From: Pseudomonadota bacterium | GTDB lineage: Bacteria > Desulfobacterota > Desulfovibrionia > Desulfovibrionales > Desulfovibrionaceae | Assembly: GCA_018822105.1 (NCBI GenBank) | Contig: JAHJLB010000033.1 | Coordinates: forward strand, 23,377-87,376 | Direction: 5' to 3' | DNA: 64,000 nt | Part shown: in pieces, positions 37,398 through 45,329 of the stretch | Position numbering within the stretch: position 1 is the first letter of the stretch | How the letters are laid out: every line of letters begins with the position of its first letter | Position numbers and translations under genes: made by a program | Notes under the pieces: generated by a model | What the model saw: the letters and a program-made list of their open reading frames with translations, nothing else | Told to the model about the DNA's origin: nothing | Databases searched by the model: none

Positions 37398-39064
37398 CCC
37401 TGCTGGACCGTCTCTGGAGCCTGATCCACCGCCGCCCCTGGCTTGCCCTGGCCGTGCTCGCGGCCACGCAGACGGCCTTCACCCTGTCCGCGCGCGCGCA
37501 GTGGTTCTCCGACGAGGTGCGCTACGCCGACGCCTACGCCGGGCTGCTGCGCGGCCGCTGGCTGGTGCTGTCCCTGAACGGCGTGGCCTACCCGGACAAG
37601 CCGCCCCTGTACTTCTGGTTCCTGCGCCTGCTCGACGCCCTGCCCGGCATGGACGACCCGGCGGTGTTCCTCCTGGGCGCGGCGGCAAGCGGCCTGCTGG
37701 TGCTCTACGCCACGCTCCTCTGGGCGCGGGTGCTGGGCCTGCGCACCGAGGCCGGCCCCCTCGCCGGGCTGATCCTGCTCTCCACGCTCTTCTTCGCCGG
37801 GCTGCTGCACTACTCGCGCATGGACCTCTTCTTCACGGCGCTGATCCTCTGCTCCCAGGCGACCTTCTGCCTGGCCTTCCGGCCTGGCGAGGAGGCGCGG
37901 CGCGGCCGGCTCTGCGCCCTGGCCCTGGTCCTGGCCGGGCTGGCCACCCTGACCAAGGGGCCCCTGGGCCTGCTCTTCCCGGTGCTGACCACCCTGCTGT
38001 TCCTCGCCTGGCGCGGACGCGGGCGGGAGTTCTTCCGCGCCCACATGCTGCCGGGCCTGGGCGCGCTCCTGGTGCTGGTCTTCTCCTGGGTGCTGGCGGC
38101 CTATGTGGTGGAGGGGCCGGGGTTCCTGCACAAGATCTTCTACGAGCAGATCTTCCAGCGCGCCACCAAGACCTTCCACCACGCCGAGCCCTTCTACTTC
38201 TACCTGGTGGCCTTTCCGCCCTGCTGGCTGCCCTGGACCCTGGCGCTCCTGGCCCTGCCCGTGCGCCGGCTCCTGGACGGGGCCTTCTGGCGCGGGCTGT
38301 GGGCCGGGCGCAAGGGCTCCTCCCCCGGGGCCGACGCCCGGGCCTGGCTGTGGATCTCCTTCCTCAGCGGGCTGGCCCTGCTCTCGCTGCTGAGCGGCAA
38401 GGTGGTGGTCTACATCCTGCCGCAGCTGCCCCCCCTGGCCCTGCTGCTGGCCCTGGCCCTGCTGGACGAGGACGCGCCCCGGCCCTGGCAGCGGCTCTGG
38501 ACGGCCTCGGGCCTCCTGTTCCTGGCCCTGGCCGCCGCGACCACCCAGGCCGCGCGCTTTCTGCCCGTCCCCATGCCCCTGCCCGGAGCCTGGGCCGTGG
38601 CCGCGGGCTTCGCCGCCTGCGGGCTGGGCCTGCTGGCCCTGCGCGGCCAGAACGCCCGGCGCGCGCTCACCGTGCTGGCCCTGCTGACCATCCTCTGGGT
38701 GCAGCCAGCCAGCCGGATCCTGGCCCCCGGGCTGGACGCCATCATGAGCCCCAAGCCCCAGGCCGACGCGCTCAAGGCCTATGCCCAGCGCGGCTACCTG
38801 CCCGTGGCCCACGACATCTACCAGGGCATCTACTCCTACTACCTGGGCGGCGTGGTGCGGGAGACCGCGGGCTTCAACATCCTGGACGAGCTGGTGGCCG
38901 GGCAGGACGTGGTGCTGGCCATCAAGAAGAAGAAGTGGGACGCCTGGGACACGCGGCCCAGGCACATGACCATCGTGCTCACGCAATGGCTGGCCGGACA
39001 GCCGTACTACATCGCCGTGAGCCGCAAGGACGGGACGCCCCCCGAGCCCCTGCCTGTGCCCTAA
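37394..39064 (+). CDS. GT39/ArnT-like glycosyltransferase (dolichyl/undecaprenyl-phosphate-sugar dependent)
   Basis: Polytopic. FSDEVRYADAY...YPDKPPLYFWF. ATG 37394 (GAGGAG 6 nt upstream, ATGA overlap with the PAP2 stop) or ATG 37388. Confidence 0.8.
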   Translation: MTLLDRLWSLIHRRPWLALAVLAATQTAFTLSARAQWFSDEVRYADAYAGLLRGRWLVLSLNGVAYPDKPPLYFWFLRLLDALPGMDDPAVFLLGAAASGLLVLYATLLWARVLGLRTEAGPLAGLILLSTLFFAGLLHYSRMDLFFTALILCSQATFCLAFRPGEEARRGRLCALALVLAGLATLTKGPLGLLFPVLTTLLFLAWRGRGREFFRAHMLPGLGALLVLVFSWVLAAYVVEGPGFLHKIFYEQIFQRATKTFHHAEPFYFYLVAFPPCWLPWTLALLALPVRRLLDGAFWRGLWAGRKGSSPGADARAWLWISFLSGLALLSLLSGKVVVYILPQLPPLALLLALALLDEDAPRPWQRLWTASGLLFLALAAATTQAARFLPVPMPLPGAWAVAAGFAACGLGLLALRGQNARRALTVLALLTILWVQPASRILAPGLDAIMSPKPQADALKAYAQRGYLPVAHDIYQGIYSYYLGGVVRETAGFNILDELVAGQDVVLAIKKKKWDAWDTRPRHMTIVLTQWLAGQPYYIAVSRKDGTPPEPLPVP

Positions 39065-39173
39065 ACCTTTGCCCATATTGGCCGATCAGTCCACATGCGG
39101 TGAAACGCCGCGACGCTGGGGGCGTCTGTCATGCAGGCCCCAGTGATCGCGCCATCACCGCAGGAGGCCATTG

Positions 39174-39782
39174 GTGCGTAAACTCTGCCTGACCGCCCTG
39201 CTCTGCCTGACCGCGCTGTCCGCTTGCGGCTGCGCGGCCATGCCCGTTTTCATGGTCGGGGACGTGCTGGCCGTGGCCGAGGCCGGGAAGACGGGCTTCG
39301 ACATGGCCGCAGGGCTGAACACGCGCCAGAGCATAGAGCAGGACATGAGTCCCGACGCCCAGACCGAGGCCCGGCTGCGCGCCGTGCTGCAGGCCCAGGG
39401 CGGGATGCTGGCCCGCGCCACCCCGCACGTGAGCCAGGGCCGCGCCTATGTGGTGGGCTCCTACGGCAGCGCCAAAGAGTTGGAGCGCGCCCAGGCGGCC
39501 ACGCGCAACGTCAAGGGCGTACGGGAGATGACGCTGTGCCTGTTCCCGGCGGGCTCGGGCCGCGCGCGGCAGACCGGCGTCACCGACGGCGAGGTGCGCG
39601 ACAGCATCCTGCGCATGAGCGGGGTGCGCACGCGCGAGGTGCGCGTGCAGGTGGTGGAGGGCAACGCCGTGCTGGTGGGCCTGGTGCGCACGGCCGCCGA
39701 GCGCGACCGCCTGAGCCAGTCCGCGCACGACGCCGGGGCCGCCACCGTGCGCAACTACGTGCGGCTTCTGGCCGCGCGGTAG
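39174..39782 (+). CDS. BON-domain lipoprotein
   Basis: AGGAGG then GTG 39174 (TTG 39171 also possible). Lipobox LTALSACG. Two BON-like segments (GVREMTL..., VRVQVVEGNAVLVGLVRT). Confidence 0.75.
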   Translation: MRKLCLTALLCLTALSACGCAAMPVFMVGDVLAVAEAGKTGFDMAAGLNTRQSIEQDMSPDAQTEARLRAVLQAQGGMLARATPHVSQGRAYVVGSYGSAKELERAQAATRNVKGVREMTLCLFPAGSGRARQTGVTDGEVRDSILRMSGVRTREVRVQVVEGNAVLVGLVRTAAERDRLSQSAHDAGAATVRNYVRLLAAR

Positions 39783-39807
39783 GTTCCTTCCACACACATT
39801 TCGGCCC

Positions 39808-39852
39808 AAAAAAAGCGGCCCCGCCAAACCGGCAGGGCCGCCCTTCTGTTTC
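39808..39852. terminator. Bidirectional intrinsic terminator
   Basis: GCGGCCC (39815-39821) pairs with GGGCCGC (39835-39841). Flanked by A7 on the left (T7 for minus-strand transcripts) and CCTTCTGTTT on the right. Confidence 0.75.
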
Positions 39853-39868
39853 GCTCTTGCTTACCGGT

Positions 39869-40018
39869 TTACTGCGCTGCTGGCGGCGTGACCGAGACCA
39901 GCTCCCAATTGTCGATGGTGTTCGAGCTTCTCCACTTCACCTTCACGCAGTGGCCGATCTCCGGCGCGTACCAGCAGGCTTTTCGCCCCGAGACACGCCT
40001 GAACGCAATGTCGTCCCG
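39869..40018 (-). pseudogene. 3' remnant of a displaced gene (about 49 codons, no start)
   Basis: ...DDIAFRRVSGRKACWYAPEIGHCVKVKWRSSNTIDNWELVSVTPPAAQ* ends 15 nt before the T7 terminator. Host-like GC. Upstream in-frame stop at ~40027; no ATG/GTG/TTG giving more than 23 aa. Confidence 0.4.
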
Positions 40019-40019
40019 A

Positions 40020-40574
40020 TCACATAGGCATCAATCGTTCCTGTTTGCACCGGTCAAGTACTTCATTAAGATTTGCGAAGGTCTCGTTACGTATCTTCTC
40101 TACATATAATGCTTCTTTAAAATCAAGAACAGCCTTGTCTACGCGCTTGAATCTGTCTGGCTCCACTTGCAAAGCAAATGAATTCACCTGCCTTTCCCAG
40201 AACCACTCCGCGGAACAGAATTGGATATATTCCGGATTGACAGTCTCAAGTTCTTTCAGCGCCTCAAACAGCCTTCGCCCCAAAGCACTGTTCTCGATAC
40301 AGAGCGCAACGTAGGCAATCCTGTACTCCACCTTGGCGGTAGAACCTACTATTTGAAATGACTTGAGATCGTACGCTTCTTTCTGCCCGTTGCAGGAAAA
40401 ATGCCCATAACAACTTTGCATGGTGAAGCAATACGGCAATGTATTGAGTCCATTAACGAGGCCGATTATTGGGACGTCAATCATGTCGTCGGTGAGACAG
40501 CACAGTGCGTTATGCCTTTGCGCTCGATAATGCGAATTTTCCGCAAAGTCCTTTCGTGCAGTGAATGTTTCCAA
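40020..40574 (-). CDS. Orphan protein in AT-rich islet, no family recognised
   Basis: 184-aa ORF with normal amino-acid composition (…IIGLVNGLNTLPYCFTMQSCYGHF…). GC visibly far below the flanks (one 60-nt line counted at 35%). The only start is TTG 40574 with poor SD spacing, so it may be 5'-truncated. Confidence 0.5.
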   Translation of the reverse strand: METFTARKDFAENSHYRAQRHNALCCLTDDMIDVPIIGLVNGLNTLPYCFTMQSCYGHFSCNGQKEAYDLKSFQIVGSTAKVEYRIAYVALCIENSALGRRLFEALKELETVNPEYIQFCSAEWFWERQVNSFALQVEPDRFKRVDKAVLDFKEALYVEKIRNETFANLNEVLDRCKQERLMPM

Positions 40575-40636
40575 CTCACCAGATCCTATTCAAGGCATGC
40601 GCAAACCAGACTTTGCGGTTCTTGCCGACGCCGGGC

Positions 40637-41581
40637 CTAGGGCCTGCAGCCGCCGCTCCCGCAGGCGAAGATGCGCTCGATGACCTTCAGGACCTCCAGC
40701 CCGTCCTCGCCGGTGATGGGCGCCGGCGTCTTGTGGCGCACGGCCGCGAGGAAGGCCGTCAGCTCCTCCTTCACCGGCTCGCGGTAGACCATGGGCCACT
40801 CGCGCACGGAGTAGCTCTTGTCGTAGGTGGAGAACTGGCTGTATTCCTTCACGTCCTGGGTCACCAGGTCGGCGGCGATGAACTTCGACTTGGCCGCCAC
40901 GCGGATCTTGCGCGACTTGTACGGCGTCACCCAATTGGTGTTCACGTTGGCCAGCACCCCGTTGGCCATCTGCGCGGTGATGAGGGCGTTGTCCTCGTGC
41001 CCGCCGGTGCTCGAGGTCATGACCGCGTACACCTGGCTGAACTCCGAGCCGGTCAGGAAGCGGATCAGGTCGATGTCGTGGGAGCCCAGGTCGCGGATGA
41101 CGCCCACGTCCTGGATGCGCGGCGGGTACGGCCCCACGCGCTCGATCTGGATGGAGATGACGTCGCCGCTGTCGGCGCCCACCAGTTCCTTGACGCGCTG
41201 CACCGCCGGGTTGAAGCGCTCGATGTGGCCGACCATGAGCGGCACGCCCGCCGCCTTGGCCGCGGCCACCAGCTCCGCGCCCTCGGCCGAGGTGGCGGCC
41301 AGGGGCTTTTCGATGAGCAGGGCCGCGCCGCTGGCGATGACCTTGAGGCCCACGGCGTGGTGCAGGCTGGTGGGCACGCAGACGCTCACGGCGTCCAGGC
41401 CCCTGGCCAGGAGGTCGTCCAGGTTGGTGAACGTGGGCACGCCGAAGCGCGCGGCCACCTCGTCCAGGGCCGCCTGGTCCGTGTCCACCACGCCCATGAC
41501 CTCAACCCCGTGCATCTCGCTGTAGTTGCGCAGATGCACCTTGCCCATCCAGCCCAGGCCGATGACGCCGACTTTCTGCAT
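40637..41581 (-). CDS. Gfo/Idh/MocA family NAD(P)-dependent oxidoreductase
   Basis: ATG 41581. MQKVGVIGLGWMGKVHLRNY...EKPLA...GHIERFNP. Confidence 0.85.
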   Translation of the reverse strand: MQKVGVIGLGWMGKVHLRNYSEMHGVEVMGVVDTDQAALDEVAARFGVPTFTNLDDLLARGLDAVSVCVPTSLHHAVGLKVIASGAALLIEKPLAATSAEGAELVAAAKAAGVPLMVGHIERFNPAVQRVKELVGADSGDVISIQIERVGPYPPRIQDVGVIRDLGSHDIDLIRFLTGSEFSQVYAVMTSSTGGHEDNALITAQMANGVLANVNTNWVTPYKSRKIRVAAKSKFIAADLVTQDVKEYSQFSTYDKSYSVREWPMVYREPVKEELTAFLAAVRHKTPAPITGEDGLEVLKVIERIFACGSGGCRP

Positions 41582-41708
41582 GTGTGCTCTCCCGTTGCAT
41601 GTGCGGATCCGCCCGCTCTGCGGGCTGCGGGTTTCGTACATGCTCCGCCCCGGCAATGCAACCGCCGCCCGGCTTGCCCACCTGGGCGATTCACGCTATC
41701 CCCAGGCC

Positions 41709-42851
41709 ATGAACATCCCCACCAATCCACGCGGCCCCGTCTGGATCAGCGCGGGCGAGGCCTCCGGCGACATCCACGCGGCCTCGCTCTTGTCCGCCCT
41801 GCGCGAACGCGAGCCCGACCTGCGCGCCATCGGCATGGGCGGCCCGGCCCTCTCGGCCGCCGGCTGCGACGTGCGCTTCCCCATGCGCCTCATCTCGCTT
41901 GTGGGCCTCACCGAGGTGCTCTCCGGCCTGCCGCGCATCCTGAAACTCCTGGGCGAGGTCAAGGACGCGCTCATCCGCACCAGGCCCCGCGCCCTCATCC
42001 TCATCGACTGCCCGGACTTCCACTTCCGCGTGGCGCGCATGGCGAAAAGACTCGGCATCCCGGTGTACTACTACGTGAGCCCCCAGGTCTGGGCCTGGCG
42101 CTCCGGGCGGGTGGAGTTCTTGCGCCGCTTCACGCGCCGGGTGCTGTGCATCCTGCCATTTGAAAAAGGCTTCTACGCCGGGCGCGGCATGGACGTGGAC
42201 TACGTGGGCCACCCGCTCATGGACCAGATGCCCCTGGCCGAGCTGGACGCCCTGGCCCCCGACCCGAACCTGCTGGGCCTGCTGCCGGGCAGCCGCCGCA
42301 AGGAGGTCAGCGCGCTGCTGCCGGAGTTCGCCCGCACGGCCCTGCTGCTGCGGCGCGGGCTCCCGGACCTGCGCGTGGCCATGGCCCGGGCCCCGGGGCT
42401 GGAGCCGGAGTTCCTGCGCAGCTTCCTGCCGCCGGAATTGCCGGTCACAATCTTCGAGCCCGGGGAGCGCTACCGCATGATGCGCCTGTGCCGCGCGCTG
42501 CTGGCGGCCAGCGGCACGGTGACGCTGGAGGCGGCGCTCATCGGCACGCCCCTGGTCATGTCCTACCGCTTCTCGCGCCTGAGCTACGCCATCGGCAAGA
42601 TGGTGGTGAAGGTCAAGTTCGGCAGCCTGCCGAACCTCATCCTGGACCGCGAGGTGTACCCGGAGCTCATCCAGGACCGGGCCAGGGCGGAGCTCTTCGC
42701 CGCGCGCCTGCGGCCCTGGCTTGAGGACCAGGGGGCCAACGACGCGGCGCGGGCGGACCTGGCCGACCTGCGGGCCAGGGTGGGCGGGCCGGGCGCGGCG
42801 GGCCGCGCCGCGGAAATCATCCTGAACGACATCCGCGCCCTGGGGCGCTAG
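41709..42851 (+). CDS. lpxB: Lipid-A-disaccharide synthase
   Basis: ATG 41709. VWISAGEASGDIHAASLL...IDCPDFHFRVAR...YYVSPQVWAWR...GLLPGSRRKEV...ASGTVTLEAAL. Confidence 0.9.
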   Translation: MNIPTNPRGPVWISAGEASGDIHAASLLSALREREPDLRAIGMGGPALSAAGCDVRFPMRLISLVGLTEVLSGLPRILKLLGEVKDALIRTRPRALILIDCPDFHFRVARMAKRLGIPVYYYVSPQVWAWRSGRVEFLRRFTRRVLCILPFEKGFYAGRGMDVDYVGHPLMDQMPLAELDALAPDPNLLGLLPGSRRKEVSALLPEFARTALLLRRGLPDLRVAMARAPGLEPEFLRSFLPPELPVTIFEPGERYRMMRLCRALLAASGTVTLEAALIGTPLVMSYRFSRLSYAIGKMVVKVKFGSLPNLILDREVYPELIQDRARAELFAARLRPWLEDQGANDAARADLADLRARVGGPGAAGRAAEIILNDIRALGR

Positions 42852-42864
42852 AAAAAGGACACAC

Positions 42865-43173
42865 ATGGAAGCCGTGCGCGTGTACGCGGACATCCAGGGG
42901 CTCTCGCCCGAGGCCTATGAGGAGATCCGCCAGTCCATGCCCTTTGACCAGGTGGTGTACAAGGACCGCACCCTGGGCGTGGACTTCGAGGGCCACTACA
43001 TCGACGTGGAGCCCTTCCTGAACGACGTGGCCCGGCTCCTGGACGAGGACGGCTGGGGCAAGCTCGACTACATCGACCAGATCGACTACGCCCTCACGCG
43101 CTATGTCATCAAGAAGGGCGAGGTGCGGGCCGTGAACGTGATGCTGGACAACGTTATGGAAGGGGCGAGGTAG
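42865..43173 (+). CDS. Conserved-looking hypothetical protein (102 aa)
   Basis: Balanced acidic composition. Tightly spaced after lpxB and before yccF. Confidence 0.6.
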   Translation: MEAVRVYADIQGLSPEAYEEIRQSMPFDQVVYKDRTLGVDFEGHYIDVEPFLNDVARLLDEDGWGKLDYIDQIDYALTRYVIKKGEVRAVNVMLDNVMEGAR

Positions 43174-43175
43174 GC

Positions 43176-43574
43176 ATGAGGCTCATCGGCAATCTCATCT
43201 GGTTCCTTTTCGGCGGGCTGCTCATGGGCCTGGGCTGGTATCTGCTGGGCCTCGTCATGTTCATTTCCATCATCGGCATCCCCTGGGGCCGGGCCTGCTT
43301 CATGCTCGGGAGCTTCTGCCTGTGGCCCTTCGGCCGGGAGATCGTGAGCCGCCGCGACGTCACCGGGCAGGACGACATCGGCACCGGCACGCTGGGGCTC
43401 ATCGGCAACGTCATCTGGTTCTGCTGCGGCGGGGTCTGGCTGGCCATAGGCCACCTGGCCTCGGCCCTGGCCTGCTTCATCACCATCATCGGCATCCCCT
43501 TCGGCCTGCAGCACCTGAAGCTTGTGGGGGCGAGCATGGCGCCCATCGGGAAGACGGTGGTGGAGAGGGGATAG
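43176..43574 (+). CDS. yccF: YccF-domain inner membrane protein
   Basis: Duplicated GNLIWFLFGG...SIIGIPWG and GNVIWFCCGG...TIIGIPFG repeats. Confidence 0.85.
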   Translation: MRLIGNLIWFLFGGLLMGLGWYLLGLVMFISIIGIPWGRACFMLGSFCLWPFGREIVSRRDVTGQDDIGTGTLGLIGNVIWFCCGGVWLAIGHLASALACFITIIGIPFGLQHLKLVGASMAPIGKTVVERG

Positions 43575-43725
43575 GAGAGGGAAGGTGAATTTCAATAGAT
43601 TTTTGCTATGGCAATGTGCTCGATTGCATAAATTCCCCGCTTCAAGTATCTAGCCATATCGTCGTAGCAATATCGTCTTCGACTCAGCCGTAAGACCAAC
43701 CGACATCAAAATGGCGAGGCAGCAA

Positions 43726-45213
43726 ATGTTTAAAAGTGAAATTCGCGACAGTACGATTAACGCGCTCCTCGAAAAAGCTAGCGGCAGAAAGTACGGGCAG
43801 TATCTTGCGAAGGTCATTCTGAAACGAATTCGTGGCTTCTCGAATGAACCTGTCTCTTTTGATTTTCCTGTTACAGCACTGATTGGACCAAACGGTGGCG
43901 GGAAAACAACAATCCTTGGTGCCGCTGGCTGTGCCTATAAGAATATCAGCCCAGGCATCTTCTTTGCAAAAAGTGGTAAATATGATGAAAGTATGCAAGA
44001 CTGGTCAATTGAATATGAATTAATTGACAGAAACATTACAAGCAAGGATTCTCTACGGCGTACAGCAAATTTTAGAAACCGTCGGTGGAAAAGATATCCA
44101 ATAGATAGGGAGGTTTTGCTCTTCGGTGTATCTAGAACAGTTCCTGCGAATGAACGTAAGGAATTATTACGTTGTGCATCGAGTAGCTTCTCAGTTCCAG
44201 AAGCACATATTGAGGAACTGACCGATGCAGTGCACAGCGCAGTCTCTCGTATTCTTGGAAAGGACATTAGCGGCTACAAGAAACTCAAGATAGACAAGGC
44301 CGGGAGAGTCGCCTTGCTTACCGGGAAAACAAAAAGTGGAACTGGGTACTCAGAGTTCCATTTCGGTGCAGGAGAATCAAGCATCATCCGGATGGTATCA
44401 GAAATTGAGCTCGCCAGAGAGCAAGCTTTGGTTCTCATAGAAGAGATCGAGAACGGACTACACCCTGTTGCCACAGTCAGGATGGTTGAGTACCTCATTG
44501 ATGCCGCTGAGCGCAAAAAAATACAATGCATCTTTACTACGCATTCAAATGATGCGTTAAAGCCTCTACCAAAAAAGGCGATCTGGGTCGCAGTTCAAGA
44601 TCGCATTTTCCAGGGGAAACTTGACATCAAGTCTTTGCGCGCAATTACGGGTCAAATCGAAGCGAAGCTTGTCTGCTTTGTAGAAGACGCATTCGCAAAA
44701 GAGTGGGTTGAGGCAATGCTGCGACAAGCGTGCGGAGTTTCCATTGGCAGCATTCAAGTGCATGCGATGGAAGGTGATGGAATTGCAGTTGCAATCAATA
44801 GGAACCACAACAAAGACCCATCAATTACTGTCCCTTCCATATGCTACATCGACGGCGACTCCAAGCAAGATGCCCCCGAAGAGAACAGAATATACAGACT
44901 GCCAGGAGAATCGCCAGAATCGTACATATTTGACAAAATCATGGAGACATGGGGAGCAATAGGCGGAAAGCTTAGCGTAGCACTTCTTCAACGCTTTGAA
45001 GACACTGACCGAATCAAATCTGTATGTGAAGAAATTCGATTACTTTGCATGGATTCACACCTACTATTCTCCCAGATAGGTGAACGATTGGGGCTAGTCC
45101 CTGAAGCAACTGTAGCTGCAGCTTTTGTAAATATTTGGGCGCAGGCATACCCTGATGAGGTCAACGCCATACTTGAACCTGTTCGTAGCGTACTGCCAAC
45201 CGAGTCTGACTAA
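43726..45213 (+). CDS. ABC-type (AAA_15/21-like) ATPase fused to a Toprim/DUF4435-like C-terminal module; OLD/PARIS-like candidate defence protein
   Basis: Walker A GPNGGGKT (43885-43908), FGAGESS, Walker B LVLIEEIENGLHP, TTHS. The C-terminus has FVED and YIDGDS acidic motifs. ATG 43726 has GAGG 6 nt upstream; ATG 43711 is also open. The whole gene is AT-rich. Confidence 0.8.
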   Translation: MFKSEIRDSTINALLEKASGRKYGQYLAKVILKRIRGFSNEPVSFDFPVTALIGPNGGGKTTILGAAGCAYKNISPGIFFAKSGKYDESMQDWSIEYELIDRNITSKDSLRRTANFRNRRWKRYPIDREVLLFGVSRTVPANERKELLRCASSSFSVPEAHIEELTDAVHSAVSRILGKDISGYKKLKIDKAGRVALLTGKTKSGTGYSEFHFGAGESSIIRMVSEIELAREQALVLIEEIENGLHPVATVRMVEYLIDAAERKKIQCIFTTHSNDALKPLPKKAIWVAVQDRIFQGKLDIKSLRAITGQIEAKLVCFVEDAFAKEWVEAMLRQACGVSIGSIQVHAMEGDGIAVAINRNHNKDPSITVPSICYIDGDSKQDAPEENRIYRLPGESPESYIFDKIMETWGAIGGKLSVALLQRFEDTDRIKSVCEEIRLLCMDSHLLFSQIGERLGLVPEATVAAAFVNIWAQAYPDEVNAILEPVRSVLPTESD

Positions 45214-45268
45214 GCAAGCCCAAAGCGAGGTCAGCAACAGAGATGCCCCCCCCGCCCCCCCAACGAAC

Positions 45269-45306
45269 AAGGCCCCCACGATCGCTCGCAGGGGCCTTTC
45301 GTTTTT
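45269..45306 (+). terminator. Intrinsic terminator at the right edge of the AT-rich islet
   Basis: AAGGCCCC / GGGGCCTT stem followed by TCGTTTTT. Confidence 0.65.
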
Positions 45307-45329
45307 CCGGCGCCGTCAGGGAAGGCGCG

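Noticed and set aside
34980-39076. Minus-strand ORFs 34980..36662 (560 aa) and 36983..39076 (697 aa).
   Set aside because: These are shadow frames of the Maf, PAP2 and GT39 genes, with low-complexity Gly/Ala/Gln/Pro/Val composition.
43684-43998. 104-aa minus-strand ORF inside the AT-rich islet, considered as a possible antitoxin or partner of the ATPase.
   Set aside because: It lies wholly antisense to the 5' end of the ATPase gene. It is Cys/Phe-rich, has no SD, and no separate promoter or terminator is seen.
39853-45310. A search for integrase, transposase, inverted terminal repeats or direct repeats flanking either AT-rich islet.
   Set aside because: None was found by eye, so the islets are not called as mobile elements. 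They are called only as compositionally foreign insertions.
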